Shown here piece after piece: positions 8,969 through 20,600 of a stretch of 64,000 nt of DNA; the first letter of the stretch is position 1, and the number at the start of each line of letters is the position of its first letter. Origin of the DNA: Bacteroidia bacterium (GTDB lineage: Bacteria; Bacteroidota; Bacteroidia; M30B66). A program made the translations under genes and the position numbers. Below the pieces are notes generated by a model. The model was not told where the DNA came from. It saw only the letters and a program-made list of their open reading frames with translations, and ran no database searches. The stretch is from assembly GCA_965279035.1 (NCBI GenBank), contig OZ257142.1, positions 608,001-672,000 on the forward strand, given 5' to 3'.

Positions 8969-10306
8969 ATGTCGAAGCCGAATAAAATAACAATTGCAGG
9001 ATCTGGACTCGTTGGTGCCTTACATGCAATTTATATGAAACGTCAGGGATTTGATGTGGAACTGTTTGAGCGCCGCCCTGATTTAAGACACAACCGAATT
9101 AGTGCTGGAAAGTCAATCAATTTGGCACTTTCTGATCGCGGCTTTCGTGGTTTGGCTGGAGTTGGTATAGAAGAAGATATTCGTTCCATAAGTATCCCTA
9201 TGTACCGTCGGGTGATGCATGATGTGAACGGCAATCTTACGTTTCAACCCTATGGTAAAGATGGACAGGCAATCTATTCTGTATCGCGAGGCGGATTGAA
9301 TTGTATGTTGATGGACTTAGCTGAAGCATCAGGAGTGAAAATCCATTTCAATTATAACTTACTAAGTGTTGATTTGAATACATCTCGAACGACGTTTGTT
9401 GGAGAAGATGGAATGGTGAAAATAGATGCTGACTTTTTAGTGGGCGCAGATGGTGCCTATTCGGAAGCGCGTAATGAATTGGAAAAAACACCTTGGTTCA
9501 ATTATTCTCAATACTATATTGAATACGCTTACAAAGAATTAAGTATTCATCCGAATAATGATGGAACTCACAAATTAGAGAAAAACGCACTTCATATTTG
9601 GCCTCGTAAAGACTTCATGCTTATTGCTCTTCCCAATTTAGATGGAAGTTTTACACTTACTTTATTCTATCCTAAAACGGGAGAGCGTTCATTCGATTCT
9701 TTAGATACTCTTGATAAAGCAGAAGCATTCTTTCGAGAAAACTTCTCGGATGCCTTGGATCTGATGCCTCATTTCCGCGAAGAATATGCTTCCAATCCAG
9801 CAGCAGCAATGGTTATTGTTCGTTGTTTTCCATGGAGTTGGAAAGATAAAATGATGCTTATTGGTGATGCAGCACATGCGATTGTTCCATTTTTCGGACA
9901 AGGGATGAATTGTGGCTTTGAAGACTGTTTCGTGTTTAATGAATTGCTCAATGAGCACACCGGCGAATGGGGAGATTTATTACGTAAATACGAAATTGCC
10001 CGTAAGCCAAATGGAGATGCGATAGCCGAATTAGCACTCAACAATTTTATCGAAATGCGTGATCGGGTTTCGGATCCTATATTCTTGTTGCAAAAAAAGA
10101 TTGAAGCGCGTTTCAGCAATAAATATCCAGCTAAGTGGATGCCTTTGTATTCGATGGTAACATTCAGTCATATTCCCTATAGCGAAGCTTTGGCTTTGGG
10201 CAAAAAGCAAGAAGCCATCATGGAAAAAGTGATGAAGTTATCAGATATTGAATCGAAATGGGATTCGGAGGAAGTAGAGAAGTTGATGCTGGAGCAATTG
10301 AATTAA
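8969..10306 (+). CDS. kmo: Kynurenine 3-monooxygenase
   Basis: GSGLVG FAD motif, GKSINLALSDRG, LHIWPR, GDAAHAIVPFFGQGMNCGFED; directly follows kynU. Confidence 0.93.
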   Translation: MSKPNKITIAGSGLVGALHAIYMKRQGFDVELFERRPDLRHNRISAGKSINLALSDRGFRGLAGVGIEEDIRSISIPMYRRVMHDVNGNLTFQPYGKDGQAIYSVSRGGLNCMLMDLAEASGVKIHFNYNLLSVDLNTSRTTFVGEDGMVKIDADFLVGADGAYSEARNELEKTPWFNYSQYYIEYAYKELSIHPNNDGTHKLEKNALHIWPRKDFMLIALPNLDGSFTLTLFYPKTGERSFDSLDTLDKAEAFFRENFSDALDLMPHFREEYASNPAAAMVIVRCFPWSWKDKMMLIGDAAHAIVPFFGQGMNCGFEDCFVFNELLNEHTGEWGDLLRKYEIARKPNGDAIAELALNNFIEMRDRVSDPIFLLQKKIEARFSNKYPAKWMPLYSMVTFSHIPYSEALALGKKQEAIMEKVMKLSDIESKWDSEEVEKLMLEQLN

Positions 10307-11535
10307 GCCGCTTCTTTTAAGGATTTAGCTTTTAACTCTTCGTAATCATCCGCATTCATAATACGCGAAGCCGCCCAAATGCTGATGATACAAGCTGCTA
10401 TTGCAATATATCCTACATAAGGATAATGTTGAAGTTTTCCAGCGCCATCTTCGGTCACAATTGCTCCAGCCATAAATGCAGCTATACCGGATGAAGTTTG
10501 TTGTACCGAAGAATTAAAACTCATAAAACTGCCACGATTCTTAGGTTGAGTTGTTGAGGTAATTAATGCCATAGCAGGTACAACGCGTCCGCTGATAACA
10601 ATAAAGAAAAAGCTAGTTACGATTAATGCCATCCAAACTGGGACAACAGGCATGTTAGTAATTAGAAACAATGGAATGGTTGCGAATGCCGCAAAGATTG
10701 CAAACACCTTGAACTTCCCAACTTTATCAGCCAGTTTGCCAATTAAAGGTGCTGCAAACACTGAACAGAGTCCACCAAAGAGGTAGATATAAGTGACTTC
10801 TATTTGAGTAAAACCTACATTTTTTTCCATGTAAGCAGCTATGAATGGGATGATGGAAAATTGCGATAACATCAATAAAGCCATCAACAGTAAAGCCTTT
10901 CGTTGATTGCTATTATTGAGCAAATTGGTAAAGACTGTTTTGAGTTGAGGTCGGTTCGATTTTACTTGAATATGACTATTGATATTAGGAATAAAGCGAA
11001 GTATTAAAAAGGCAATCAAAACACCAACAGCAGCGATGAATAAAAACGGTGCATGCCAACTGTAGATGCTCGCAAGGTAATTTCCGAACGGTACGCCAAA
11101 AACAGATGCAAGAGAAAATCCGGCAGTAACCATTCCCATGGCAGAAGCTCTTCGTTCGTTTGGAATGACATCACCCACAATGGATAAAATCAAAGTGCCA
11201 AGCAATCCTCCAAAAGCACCTGTGAAAATTCGTGCAGCAAGCATGAAAGCATAATTAGGAGCAAAAGCACAAGCCAATGTTCCTAACAAGAAACCGGTAT
11301 AACAAACGAGTAAGATTTTCTTCCGATCGAAATTATCTACGAAGAAGGCACCTGCAAAACCAACAATACCCGCAGTGATAGTATATGCCGAAACGATGAA
11401 CCCAAATTCCTGCGGTTCGATTTTGAACAAGCGCATGAGTTGATTCCCTAATGGCATGATGATCATAAAATCCATCACATGTGTAAACTGGATAAATGCC
11501 AGCGTTAATAGGATACTATACTCTTTACGACTCAT
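10303..11535 (-). CDS. MFS transporter (DHA1-like)
   Basis: About 12 hydrophobic segments; motif-A-like DNFDRK and GKLADKVGK. Confidence 0.9.
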   Translation of the reverse strand: MSRKEYSILLTLAFIQFTHVMDFMIIMPLGNQLMRLFKIEPQEFGFIVSAYTITAGIVGFAGAFFVDNFDRKKILLVCYTGFLLGTLACAFAPNYAFMLAARIFTGAFGGLLGTLILSIVGDVIPNERRASAMGMVTAGFSLASVFGVPFGNYLASIYSWHAPFLFIAAVGVLIAFLILRFIPNINSHIQVKSNRPQLKTVFTNLLNNSNQRKALLLMALLMLSQFSIIPFIAAYMEKNVGFTQIEVTYIYLFGGLCSVFAAPLIGKLADKVGKFKVFAIFAAFATIPLFLITNMPVVPVWMALIVTSFFFIVISGRVVPAMALITSTTQPKNRGSFMSFNSSVQQTSSGIAAFMAGAIVTEDGAGKLQHYPYVGYIAIAACIISIWAASRIMNADDYEELKAKSLKEAA

Positions 11536-11663
11536 GAAATGGATGGAGAATCAAACGAAATTGCTCGTCCGAATGGATTGGGATTTTCGGATTGCAAAGA
11601 AAGTAGAAACTAGACAATCGGAATGTTAAAAAGTTCGATCGATAATAGATTAGGTAAAAACCC

Positions 11664-11692
11664 AAAAGCCGCCTCCTGTTAAAGAAGCGGCC
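11664..11692 (-). terminator. Intrinsic terminator after the T9SS cargo pair
   Basis: Minus strand reads GGCCGCUUC-loop-GAGGCGGCU followed by UUU. Confidence 0.65.
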
Positions 11693-11714
11693 TCGAGCAC
11701 ACACAATAAAATCC

Positions 11715-13529
11715 TTAGTTCTTAATAAAACGAGCAGTGCTAGTTTTTTCTGATGTCATCATTCGTATCAGATAGATACCAGCTTTAAGATTGTTAAGGT
11801 TGAGTTGGTGTATTTGGTCAGGGTTAATTTTTAGGTTTTCAGTTTGAACTATTCGACCATTTAAGTCGAGGATTTCCAGTTGAGCTAGTTTCGCTAGTTG
11901 AGATTTAGACCAAACGATACTTAGGTTATCTTGAGCTGGTGATGGGAATACAGTAAAGTCAGCTGATTTGCCTGTTTTTTCTATTGATTCACAATTTACT
12001 ACCACAACGTTAATTGGTGAAGAATTGAGTGTATTTACTGCATCGGTAGCCGAAAGAGAATAGGTGCCCGATTCAGATACTGTTAATGTTGTATCATTAA
12101 GAACACCAATATCTACTCCGTCTTTTTTCCATTGATAGGTAAAGCAATCGCTCGGTTGGATAATAGTTAACAGCGTTTGATTTCCAACACAAATTGTATC
12201 CGGACCAGTATTTTGGATCTGCAGAATCTCCTCGATTAGTTTGATACGAGTAATACCTACAAAGCCAATTGATAAAGTCCCAATAATCAATTCATCATCG
12301 TTTTCAAAATAGGCGCATCTGAAAGTTGTGCCATCTAACTCTGTATAAGCCGCATACCCCGTTCCTTCAAAACTTGTGTCATAGTTTCCCTGCTCATCCA
12401 TGCGATAAATGACTCCTTTAGCTTGTCCAAAAGCAAACGAACCTGAGCCCATACACCAAAATCGATTTTGACTATCCCGAAACATAAAATGTCCGGCTTC
12501 TTCATTATTCGTTCCTGGATAATCGATCAAATCATTTATGCCATCTAAAGTATAGCTTGAATCGGGTGCACCTGTATCATCTAATTTGAAAATCTGTAAA
12601 TCGCCTGTTGCGTTGGTATGAGAATTAAATCCCCAAACTGTACCATTTTCTCCTGAAAAACTTCGGTTTAAATAACTATTTGTAGAAGGAATACTGGATA
12701 CTGCAACTCCATTTGTACCGTATGTTGTAACAAGTTCACCTAATGAATCTAGTTTAATAGAAACTATTCTAGCCGGACTAAAATCTGATGAATAGACGAA
12801 GCGCATAGATCCATCTGTATCGTAAATACCGGGTGAGCTATAACCATTAATTGGTAATGGGGTGGATGGATATGGATACACAACGGATGGATGAAATGTA
12901 GGATCAACACTACCATCTATTAAATAGCGTCGTGCAATATTTTTCGTATCACCACCATTAATATTTCCTGTTTCCATACCATAAGCAACCACTTTACCAT
13001 CCTCTTGAGCTAGGAGTTGAGTATAAAAAGAGGAAGAAACGGGATTTGTACTCACAGATTCAACCAAATGACCATTCCCATTGAATGTAGAATCAGGATT
13101 GCCATTGGAATTGAAACGAGCCACATAAGCTCTAATTGAACTATAGCCATTATCAGGAGCTTCACTTCCACATACATAAAATTTGTCGCCTTGTTTCAAA
13201 ATGCAATTCACAGTATTGCGCTGACTGAAAACCCATTTCTTCACCCCATTTAAACCGAATGTGCTGTCAATACTACCATCTGAATTAAACTGCATGAAAA
13301 AAATGTAAAATGCATTGTATGTTCCATCATAAAGATCTCCAACAATGAGGTGTTTATTTTCTGCTGTTTTGAAAATCTCTCTTGGTGAGTAATTAACAAC
13401 ATCATCAAATGTGGTAAGTCCACAGTTATTCCCGAAGGTCTTATCAACTAAGTAATGTTGTTGTGCTTGCGATTTAGTTAGTGAAACTAGGCAAGCCAGT
13501 ATGATGAAATAGAAGGTAGATTTATTCAT
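11715..13529 (-). CDS. T9SS type-A cargo protein with delta-60-like repeats (probable beta-propeller) and an Ig-like domain
   Basis: Signal peptide; repeated 'DGSIDSTFG / NGNPDSTFN / DGSVDPTF / GAPDSSY / GNYDTSF' units; CTD VFPSPA...GIYLIR...FIKN. Confidence 0.85.
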   Translation of the reverse strand: MNKSTFYFIILACLVSLTKSQAQQHYLVDKTFGNNCGLTTFDDVVNYSPREIFKTAENKHLIVGDLYDGTYNAFYIFFMQFNSDGSIDSTFGLNGVKKWVFSQRNTVNCILKQGDKFYVCGSEAPDNGYSSIRAYVARFNSNGNPDSTFNGNGHLVESVSTNPVSSSFYTQLLAQEDGKVVAYGMETGNINGGDTKNIARRYLIDGSVDPTFHPSVVYPYPSTPLPINGYSSPGIYDTDGSMRFVYSSDFSPARIVSIKLDSLGELVTTYGTNGVAVSSIPSTNSYLNRSFSGENGTVWGFNSHTNATGDLQIFKLDDTGAPDSSYTLDGINDLIDYPGTNNEEAGHFMFRDSQNRFWCMGSGSFAFGQAKGVIYRMDEQGNYDTSFEGTGYAAYTELDGTTFRCAYFENDDELIIGTLSIGFVGITRIKLIEEILQIQNTGPDTICVGNQTLLTIIQPSDCFTYQWKKDGVDIGVLNDTTLTVSESGTYSLSATDAVNTLNSSPINVVVVNCESIEKTGKSADFTVFPSPAQDNLSIVWSKSQLAKLAQLEILDLNGRIVQTENLKINPDQIHQLNLNNLKAGIYLIRMMTSEKTSTARFIKN

Positions 13530-13550
13530 GGTGAAAGGTGTATTCAGAAT

Positions 13551-16500
13551 TTATTCTTTGATGAATCGAATGGTTTGTGCGTTTTCGGAATCAAGAACTC
13601 TCAGAAAATAAAGTCCAGGTTTTAGATTCGAAATGGAGATTTGAAAAAGTGAAGTGTTGTCAAGCTGCATACTATTAGCCGATTGAAGCTTACCAGTAAT
13701 ATCAGTCAGTTCGAAACGGATGTTTTTACTTGTCCAATCATCTCCAAATGCAACCGTTAACAAATCTGTTGCTGGATTTGGATAAACTACTGGAATACTC
13801 TTAAATGCAGAAGCGGTTTCTTGAATTGCTTTTTCGGAATGGATTTCTTCCGAAGAGAATAAAGGTCCATTGAAGGTTTTGCAAGACGGAGCTGAAGTTC
13901 CGCAAGCACTTACTGCACGAACACATACCGTAACCGATGTTGAGCCCGAGTTAAGATGAACTACAATGGATGTGCTGCCTTGTCCACTAACTATGGTTCC
14001 TCCCGTTACAGTCCAATTGTAAGACGAAGCACCAGAAACGGCTGTTATTGAAACTGGAGCAGTTAAAGCAATGATGTTTATAGTTCCAACAGTAATAGTT
14101 CCAGGACTAGCAGGAGTTCCTTGTAATAATAAACTCGATTCATTGTTGGTACATGCCGTTGGGGAAATTGCTTTTACTTTCAGAAATCCAGTTACAAAAT
14201 TGGATGGAATATTCAGCGTGATGGAGTTCCCTGTTACCGAACCAACTGGTGTTGCTCCTGGAGGAATTGTCCATTGAAAAGAGGTTGCTCCTGCTACAGT
14301 TGCAACAGAATAAGTTCGAGTAACTCCGCATGCATTTGTTGCCGTTCCTGAAATAGCACCTGTTGCAGGTAAAACGTTAAGAATAGTGACAGTTTGTGTT
14401 GAACTAACCGAAGAACATGTTCCCGATGCTGGAATGGTGTATGTAACGGTGAATGTACCTGCAGTACTAGACGATGGTGTGATAACTCCTGTTGTTGCAT
14501 TAATCGTTAATCCAGCTGGTGATCGTGTAAAAGTTCCTCCTGTTACACCTGTTATCGTAGGAGTTTGAGCGCTATTCGATTTGCAAAAACTGGCTTGTGC
14601 ATATGAAAATGCTGCCGAAGGGCTTGGTAAAATTGTGACAGTTGTTTGTGTTTCAAACTGAGCACATCCACCATTATTAAACACCATATATCGAACGATA
14701 TAAGTCCCAGGAGTGCTTGCAGAAGGTAAAATTGCTCCTGTGCTAGTGTTGATATTTAGTCCGTTTGGAGAAGCCGAATAGACTCCACCTGCTACGCCTG
14801 TTCTTGTAACATTTACGGCAGTAGTATTGGTTTTACAAAATGAGCCAGTATAGCTGATTGTAGCCAAATTGCTCCGACTTACGTTAATTGTTCCAAGTAC
14901 CGTTTTATTGCAGAAAAGCGAGAAGAATTCGCAGGTAATTTGTCCAGAAGTAAAGCTGGGAGCGAAGTTCAAGCTAACTTGTGCGGTATTGTCTTGTCCT
15001 GCAAAACTAACTCCTGCCGGAAGTGTCCAAATGATTACTGCTAACTGAGTTCCAGTAGCGAAGCCACCATCATTGATGCTATATTCGGCAGTAACTGCAC
15101 CACTAGCTTGTAAGCAAGTTGAACCAAAAATATTTTGTGCAGGATTTTGAAGAAGAGTTACTGTTATTGGGTTCGAAACCACTTGAAAGCAATTGCTGAC
15201 TTCGCACGTAACTACTTCATTATTTACAGGATTATTTATAGATAATATAGTGCCTTGTCCAGCATTTACTCCATTACGTTTCCATTGTAAAACTGAACCA
15301 GGCGCAACATTACTAGTACTTGCAGTGAAGGAGATAATGGATCCAACACATGTAGGATAGGTTGAGCTGGAAGTAATAGTAATTATACCCGGAGCAGGAG
15401 TATGAGCAGGGAAAGTACATTGAGCACTAATTGTACTTCTTGCCATTACATCGCGCCCACCATTGATATCGTTTTGTGTTAGGTTTTTCTTACTAGCACC
15501 AACACTAATGGATGAGGCCATCACTTCTGCTGATGTATTTTTTGTATGAGCTAATTGTTGCAAATGCCCAACTTCATGTAATGCAACCGTTTCGAAATCT
15601 ATTTGTCCAGCACCTGCATTTCCTGCTCCTAAATTCCAAGCAAAGTTAGCTGGAGCTGTACTAAAAATAATGTCTTGTTGAACCGTTATGCTTTTCTGAT
15701 TGGTTCCTGTTCCACAAGTAGCAATAAAATTTTCTCCTCTACCAGCCACTCCCGGAGGAAGCGGAGTTTGAACATCATCGGTAATTACATTAATACCATC
15801 AGAACCTGTTTCACGAACAGCCGTTGTTGAATTTGAAATACTCCAATTTACTTGAGTAGCACAATTCCACTTAGATATTACCCGAGTAAAAGTTGGTATT
15901 GCATCTACACCTAAGGTTTGAAACTGATTGTTGAATTGAAATGTATATCCTCCACTAGCGTTTTGACCAGTTAACGTCATAATTAACGAAGTGTCGTTCG
16001 GTGTACCGAAATTATTAAACAAAGCATAAGGAACGGTGATTGAACCTGGGCTTAAACTAGCTGTTCCTCCTGCTGGTGTTACTCGAACTTGTCCAGTGGC
16101 AGCTGCATTTGCAAAGTCATTCCCAGCAGCTAAACGCGATGGTACCATGACACGAATTTGTGCATCCGACCAAGAAACATAATCCTTAGCTAAAGGCTGT
16201 ACAAAATCATTACTAGCCGTTGTAAATTCTACAAATCCAGTTCCTCTTACGGCACCAAATCCACTTCCGTTGATGGTTAAAATGCTGCGTGTTCCAGCTG
16301 TTATGTTTGTTGGAGAAAGTGATGAAACAGTTGCTGCAGTCGATCCAATTACATGATCATGGGGAAGAACGAGTGATGGATGAATTTGTCGATAACCACT
16401 TCCTGTATGTTCGTTAACTACCAATTGAAGTTCTTCAAGATTTTTAAAACGGTGAAATGGATCTTGAACAGAAAAATCATTTTTGTTAATGCGATAAATG

Positions 16501-16910
16501 CCTTGTAAAGATGCAGTTACAGCAAAAGTATTTTCGTGACGTTGAATGCCTTTCCAATGCTTTGGAACTTCTTGTAATAGAAGGACTATCTGTTCGTCAA
16601 TCGCTAAATCAATGCGATCAGAAAAAATGTGATCCATTCCATCGACAGTTCCACCTTCGGTTATTAACGTAATGGTGGAAGGTGAATTTCCTTTCCAATC
16701 TTCTAATACTCGAATTTCACTATAAGTATAGATCCGTGTTTTTTGCTCATTCCAATGAGAAACAGTACTGCTAACTTCAGCTAGAACAATGTGCTTGCTC
16801 TCATTCATCACTTGACCAAAGGGCAAGCGAACAAGATTACAATGCATTTCTTGAGCATTTAAACCTAACAATGTGATGAGCGAAAATGCGATGGAGAATA
16901 GATACTTCAT
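13551..16910 (-). CDS. T9SS type-A cargo metzincin (matrixin-like) metalloprotease with IPT/TIG and PKD-like repeats
   Basis: HEVGHLQQLAH zinc motif with Met-turn (AEVMA); TIG domain (LTINGSGFG...SWSDAQIRVMVP); tandem Ig-like repeats; CTD VYPNPA...GLYFLR...FIKE. Start taken at MKYLF (16910). Confidence 0.85.
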   Translation of the reverse strand: MKYLFSIAFSLITLLGLNAQEMHCNLVRLPFGQVMNESKHIVLAEVSSTVSHWNEQKTRIYTYSEIRVLEDWKGNSPSTITLITEGGTVDGMDHIFSDRIDLAIDEQIVLLLQEVPKHWKGIQRHENTFAVTASLQGIYRINKNDFSVQDPFHRFKNLEELQLVVNEHTGSGYRQIHPSLVLPHDHVIGSTAATVSSLSPTNITAGTRSILTINGSGFGAVRGTGFVEFTTASNDFVQPLAKDYVSWSDAQIRVMVPSRLAAGNDFANAAATGQVRVTPAGGTASLSPGSITVPYALFNNFGTPNDTSLIMTLTGQNASGGYTFQFNNQFQTLGVDAIPTFTRVISKWNCATQVNWSISNSTTAVRETGSDGINVITDDVQTPLPPGVAGRGENFIATCGTGTNQKSITVQQDIIFSTAPANFAWNLGAGNAGAGQIDFETVALHEVGHLQQLAHTKNTSAEVMASSISVGASKKNLTQNDINGGRDVMARSTISAQCTFPAHTPAPGIITITSSSTYPTCVGSIISFTASTSNVAPGSVLQWKRNGVNAGQGTILSINNPVNNEVVTCEVSNCFQVVSNPITVTLLQNPAQNIFGSTCLQASGAVTAEYSINDGGFATGTQLAVIIWTLPAGVSFAGQDNTAQVSLNFAPSFTSGQITCEFFSLFCNKTVLGTINVSRSNLATISYTGSFCKTNTTAVNVTRTGVAGGVYSASPNGLNINTSTGAILPSASTPGTYIVRYMVFNNGGCAQFETQTTVTILPSPSAAFSYAQASFCKSNSAQTPTITGVTGGTFTRSPAGLTINATTGVITPSSSTAGTFTVTYTIPASGTCSSVSSTQTVTILNVLPATGAISGTATNACGVTRTYSVATVAGATSFQWTIPPGATPVGSVTGNSITLNIPSNFVTGFLKVKAISPTACTNNESSLLLQGTPASPGTITVGTINIIALTAPVSITAVSGASSYNWTVTGGTIVSGQGSTSIVVHLNSGSTSVTVCVRAVSACGTSAPSCKTFNGPLFSSEEIHSEKAIQETASAFKSIPVVYPNPATDLLTVAFGDDWTSKNIRFELTDITGKLQSANSMQLDNTSLFQISISNLKPGLYFLRVLDSENAQTIRFIKE

Positions 16911-16959
16911 GATTGAATAATTTTCAATCAAAGTAACGTGGATGCGGAAAGCGTGTAAA

Positions 16960-16975
16960 TAGCTAATATTAGCTA
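16960..16975. promoter_or_regulatory. Perfect 16-bp palindrome, candidate response-regulator binding site
   Basis: TAGCTAATATTAGCTA lies between the response regulator stop and the metalloprotease start. Confidence 0.55.
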
Positions 16976-16994
16976 GCTAATTAGTAGATGATTT

Positions 16995-17636
16995 TTATAC
17001 CAAACGTTCTTTTAAAGCTTTGGCAACGGCTTCACCCATTGAATGCACGTGTAATTTATCGTAAATATTACGGATATGGGCATTTACTGTATGGTAGCTC
17101 AAATCTGCTTTTGCTGCAATCATTTTATAGCTAAGCCCATCTACGAGTAGAGCAAGAATTTCAACTTCTCGAGCAGTAAGGGTGTAATCTTTTTCGGGTG
17201 TGTTTTTGACTTGTTGCTTGAAGAAAAGGAGCACTCGTTGGGCAATGGCAGGAGTCATTGGCGAACCTCCTTCAACAGCATCGCGAATAGCTTCTATGAT
17301 TTTTTCGGGCGATGCTTTTTTGAGGATATAACCACTTGCTCCAGCCATGATGCTTTCGAAAATCTGATCATCGTCTTCAGAAACAGTTTGCATAATAACC
17401 GCTAACTCAGGATGCTTTTTTCGAATGATAGAAACACCTTGAATGCCATTCACATTCGGCATTTCGATATCCATCAATACTACGTCGGGCTGAGTTTCAT
17501 CGATCACTTCTACTACGCGACTACAATCTTCAAATGCACCACAAAATTCCAAATCGGGATATAGGGAAATTAACACACGTAGACTATCGCGGCGGGGAGC
17601 GCTATCATCGAAAATGATTACCCGAGTTTTTTTCAT
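16995..17636 (-). CDS. NarL/LuxR-family response regulator
   Basis: Receiver domain (FDD, LMDIEMP, GYILK) plus LuxR HTH (LTAREVEIL...HIRNIYDKLHV). Confidence 0.95.
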   Translation of the reverse strand: MKKTRVIIFDDSAPRRDSLRVLISLYPDLEFCGAFEDCSRVVEVIDETQPDVVLMDIEMPNVNGIQGVSIIRKKHPELAVIMQTVSEDDDQIFESIMAGASGYILKKASPEKIIEAIRDAVEGGSPMTPAIAQRVLLFFKQQVKNTPEKDYTLTAREVEILALLVDGLSYKMIAAKADLSYHTVNAHIRNIYDKLHVHSMGEAVAKALKERLV

Positions 17637-17671
17637 TCGATAAAAATACCTGCATTCTGTGAACTAACAAC

Positions 17672-20600
17672 TCATTTCGCCTCCCTAATTCTTGCTACGG
17701 GTAAGAGTATGGTAATATGTGTTCCTGAGCCAATTTCAGATTCAATCGTGATTTCACCTTGTAATTCAGCCACACGATTTCGCATGTTCCTAAATCCATT
17801 TCCCCCTTTGGTTTCGATCTGTTGAATGCCTTTACCATTATCTGAAAAAAGCAAAATCAAGGTGTCGTTTTTTAGTTGAACCGAAATGTTGAGTTCATTT
17901 GCTTCGCTGTATTTAGCTGCATTATTGATGATTTCTTTTGCAATAAGGAAGATGTTTTTACGCGCATTCATCCCAATATGCATATCATTGGCAAGCTCAT
18001 TTACATAATGAACTTCCATATCGGATGCTTGCAAAACTTCCATACAATGCACTTTAATTCGGTTGAACAAGCTCTGAAGTGTATCATTATTCGGATTGAT
18101 ACTCCAAACAATATCACTCATTCGATCCATCGTTTCGGATGCGTTTTTATTGATTTGATTTAGTAATTCTGGAACAGAGTCAGGAGAAGCTTGCATGCGC
18201 TCCATAGCAACTTTACTATATATGTTGATACTCGAAAGGGAAGCACCAACATCATCATGCAAATCACTACTAATTGTATTTCTTACGAGTTGTAGCTTTT
18301 TCAATTGATTTAATCGGTACCAATAAATTGCATAAACAATTCCTGTAACACTAAGGATTACTAAAATGCGAAACCACCATGTTTCCCAATAAGGTGCTGA
18401 AATATGAATTTTCAAATGTGTAACATCCGACCAATTTCCACCATCAACGCGTGCCTTCATTTGGAAGTCGTAATCCCCTCCATGCAGATCAGTATAATCG
18501 GCGTAGTTCTTTGTATGAGAAATAATCCAATCATCATTCACTCCAACGAGTTTACTGGCATATTCAATTCTTTCTTTAAACAGGTAAGGGAATGATGAAA
18601 ACTCTATGGTTATGAAATTTTCATTGTAATTAAATTCAAGTTCCCCGTTTGATGGAATGCCAATTTCTTTATCGAATAATTTGATAGAAGTGATGACTGG
18701 TTGTTGGACTAATTGATTCAGTTCCTGTGGCTTAAATCCATAAAAAAAAGTCTTCCAAAAAAACCAAATTCGTCCATCAGGCCCTTTGTATCCTGAACTC
18801 GAAAACAAAGGAACATCTTGAATAAAATCTTGATTTACCACTCGAACAAAACGATCGCTTTTTCTTAAAGAACCAATTCCATTGTTGGTTGTAAATAGGA
18901 TATCTCTATTACCACTATCTAAAATGCGATAAACATAATCACCTACGAGCCCCGTGTGACGGCTCAAGTAGCTCATTGATTCGGTTTTGAAATTCCAAAT
19001 ACACAATCCACCACCATGTGTTCCGATGAAGAGGTTATCGGCATCAGAATGTAAGGCATCTACCACTCCATTAAATCGTGGAAATCGTTTAGTAGTTAAA
19101 TATGGGCTGAATGATTTAATTGTTTCATCCCATTTCCAAACACCATCACCACCGTTAAATCCGATGAACAAACCCTGATTCGATTCATGAATGCAAATCA
19201 ATCCGGATTTAGGCCATCTGATTTCTGGTTTTTTGAAACTCGCATGATAAAACACCTTTCCATTCCAGGTTTCAAAACCAGTTAAATTTCCTTTCCAAGT
19301 GCCAATCCAAAGCCGGCCTTGGGAATCGGTTTGAACAAACTGTAGAATGTCGCGCTTAAAGCTAAAAGCTATGGTATCAGTAAGTTCTCGAAAACGGCTC
19401 ACACCTAAAGTGGTACGGTCAATTTGAAGGATGCCTTCTGAATGTCCAGCTAACAAAATGGAAGTACCTGGTACATCATACAAACAACTCAGTGATTTAA
19501 CATCTATATCGGGCAATTGGAGTTTTTGACGGACTTCGGTTTTTAGATCGCTTCGATATATTCCATCGGAAGCAATTAACCAACATGCAGCGGTATCGAC
19601 AATCAAGGATTTTATCACCCAATCATCAGGAATTCCTGTAAACCAATGTAATTCGTGGTTTTGGGTTTTAGCATTGCGGGCAAAAAGACCATTACTAGTT
19701 CCTATCCATTCGATATTGCGAGAATCGTTTAAGACACAAATCACTTTCACTTTTCCAATATTCCTTGGGTATTCCAAGGTAAATGGTGCAGAATAAAAAC
19801 GTTGATCTTGTGTGGAAATAAAAAAAGAAGCCTCATCCCAAAAGCTAAATAATAATGCTTGATGATCGCTCGAATAAAGCATTCGATTGGGCATTTTTTC
19901 TCCTAGTTGACAGGAAATTCCCCAATCTTTTAGTTGTTTAGTATGAGGATTGAATGAACATATATGAGTCGAAATCTCATCAACTAGCCAAATGGTTTGA
20001 TTATTATCTACTGCAGCTATGGCGAGCCATTCGTGAGTAAAAACCTCCCAATTTTCCGGATTGAAATTTTTTGAGAAGATCTTTCCGGTTTTTGCTTGAT
20101 AATACCAAAGCTCTCCAGCTTGATTTAACCACAAGCCTTGATGTTGGGAATCTTCATATAAAAAAACTTTTAGTACGCTCTTTTCTTTTGAAACACCGGG
20201 GAGTTTAATGGGTTGAAATGCTTGATGGGATGGCGTATACAAGAACATTCCTCCTTCGGTTGTACAAAGTACACTTCCATCGGGATTGACAATCAGTTGG
20301 TTAATCCGATTGGAAGCTGTTATTAAGAACCGATCAACATGCAACTGATAATGCTCAAATGTTTCTTTAATAGGATCAAAAACATCTATGCCCGAACCGT
20401 ATGTGCCAATCCAGATTTTTCCATCGGGTGCTTCTGCCAAACACTTGATTGTATTGCCACAGAGCGAATTTGTGTCAGCGGGATTGTGAAAAAATTGCTT
20501 TACTTGATGTCCATCAAAACGGTTTAAGCCTTCGGAAGTGCCAATCCACAGATACCCATTGGAATCTTCTAAAAGTGCATTACATGTATTGGAAGAAAGT

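Noticed and set aside
13900-15400. Repetitive GT/CA-rich DNA as a CRISPR or tandem array
   Set aside because: Explained by Thr/Ser/Gly-rich Ig-like repeats of the metalloprotease; no identical spaced repeats and no cas genes.
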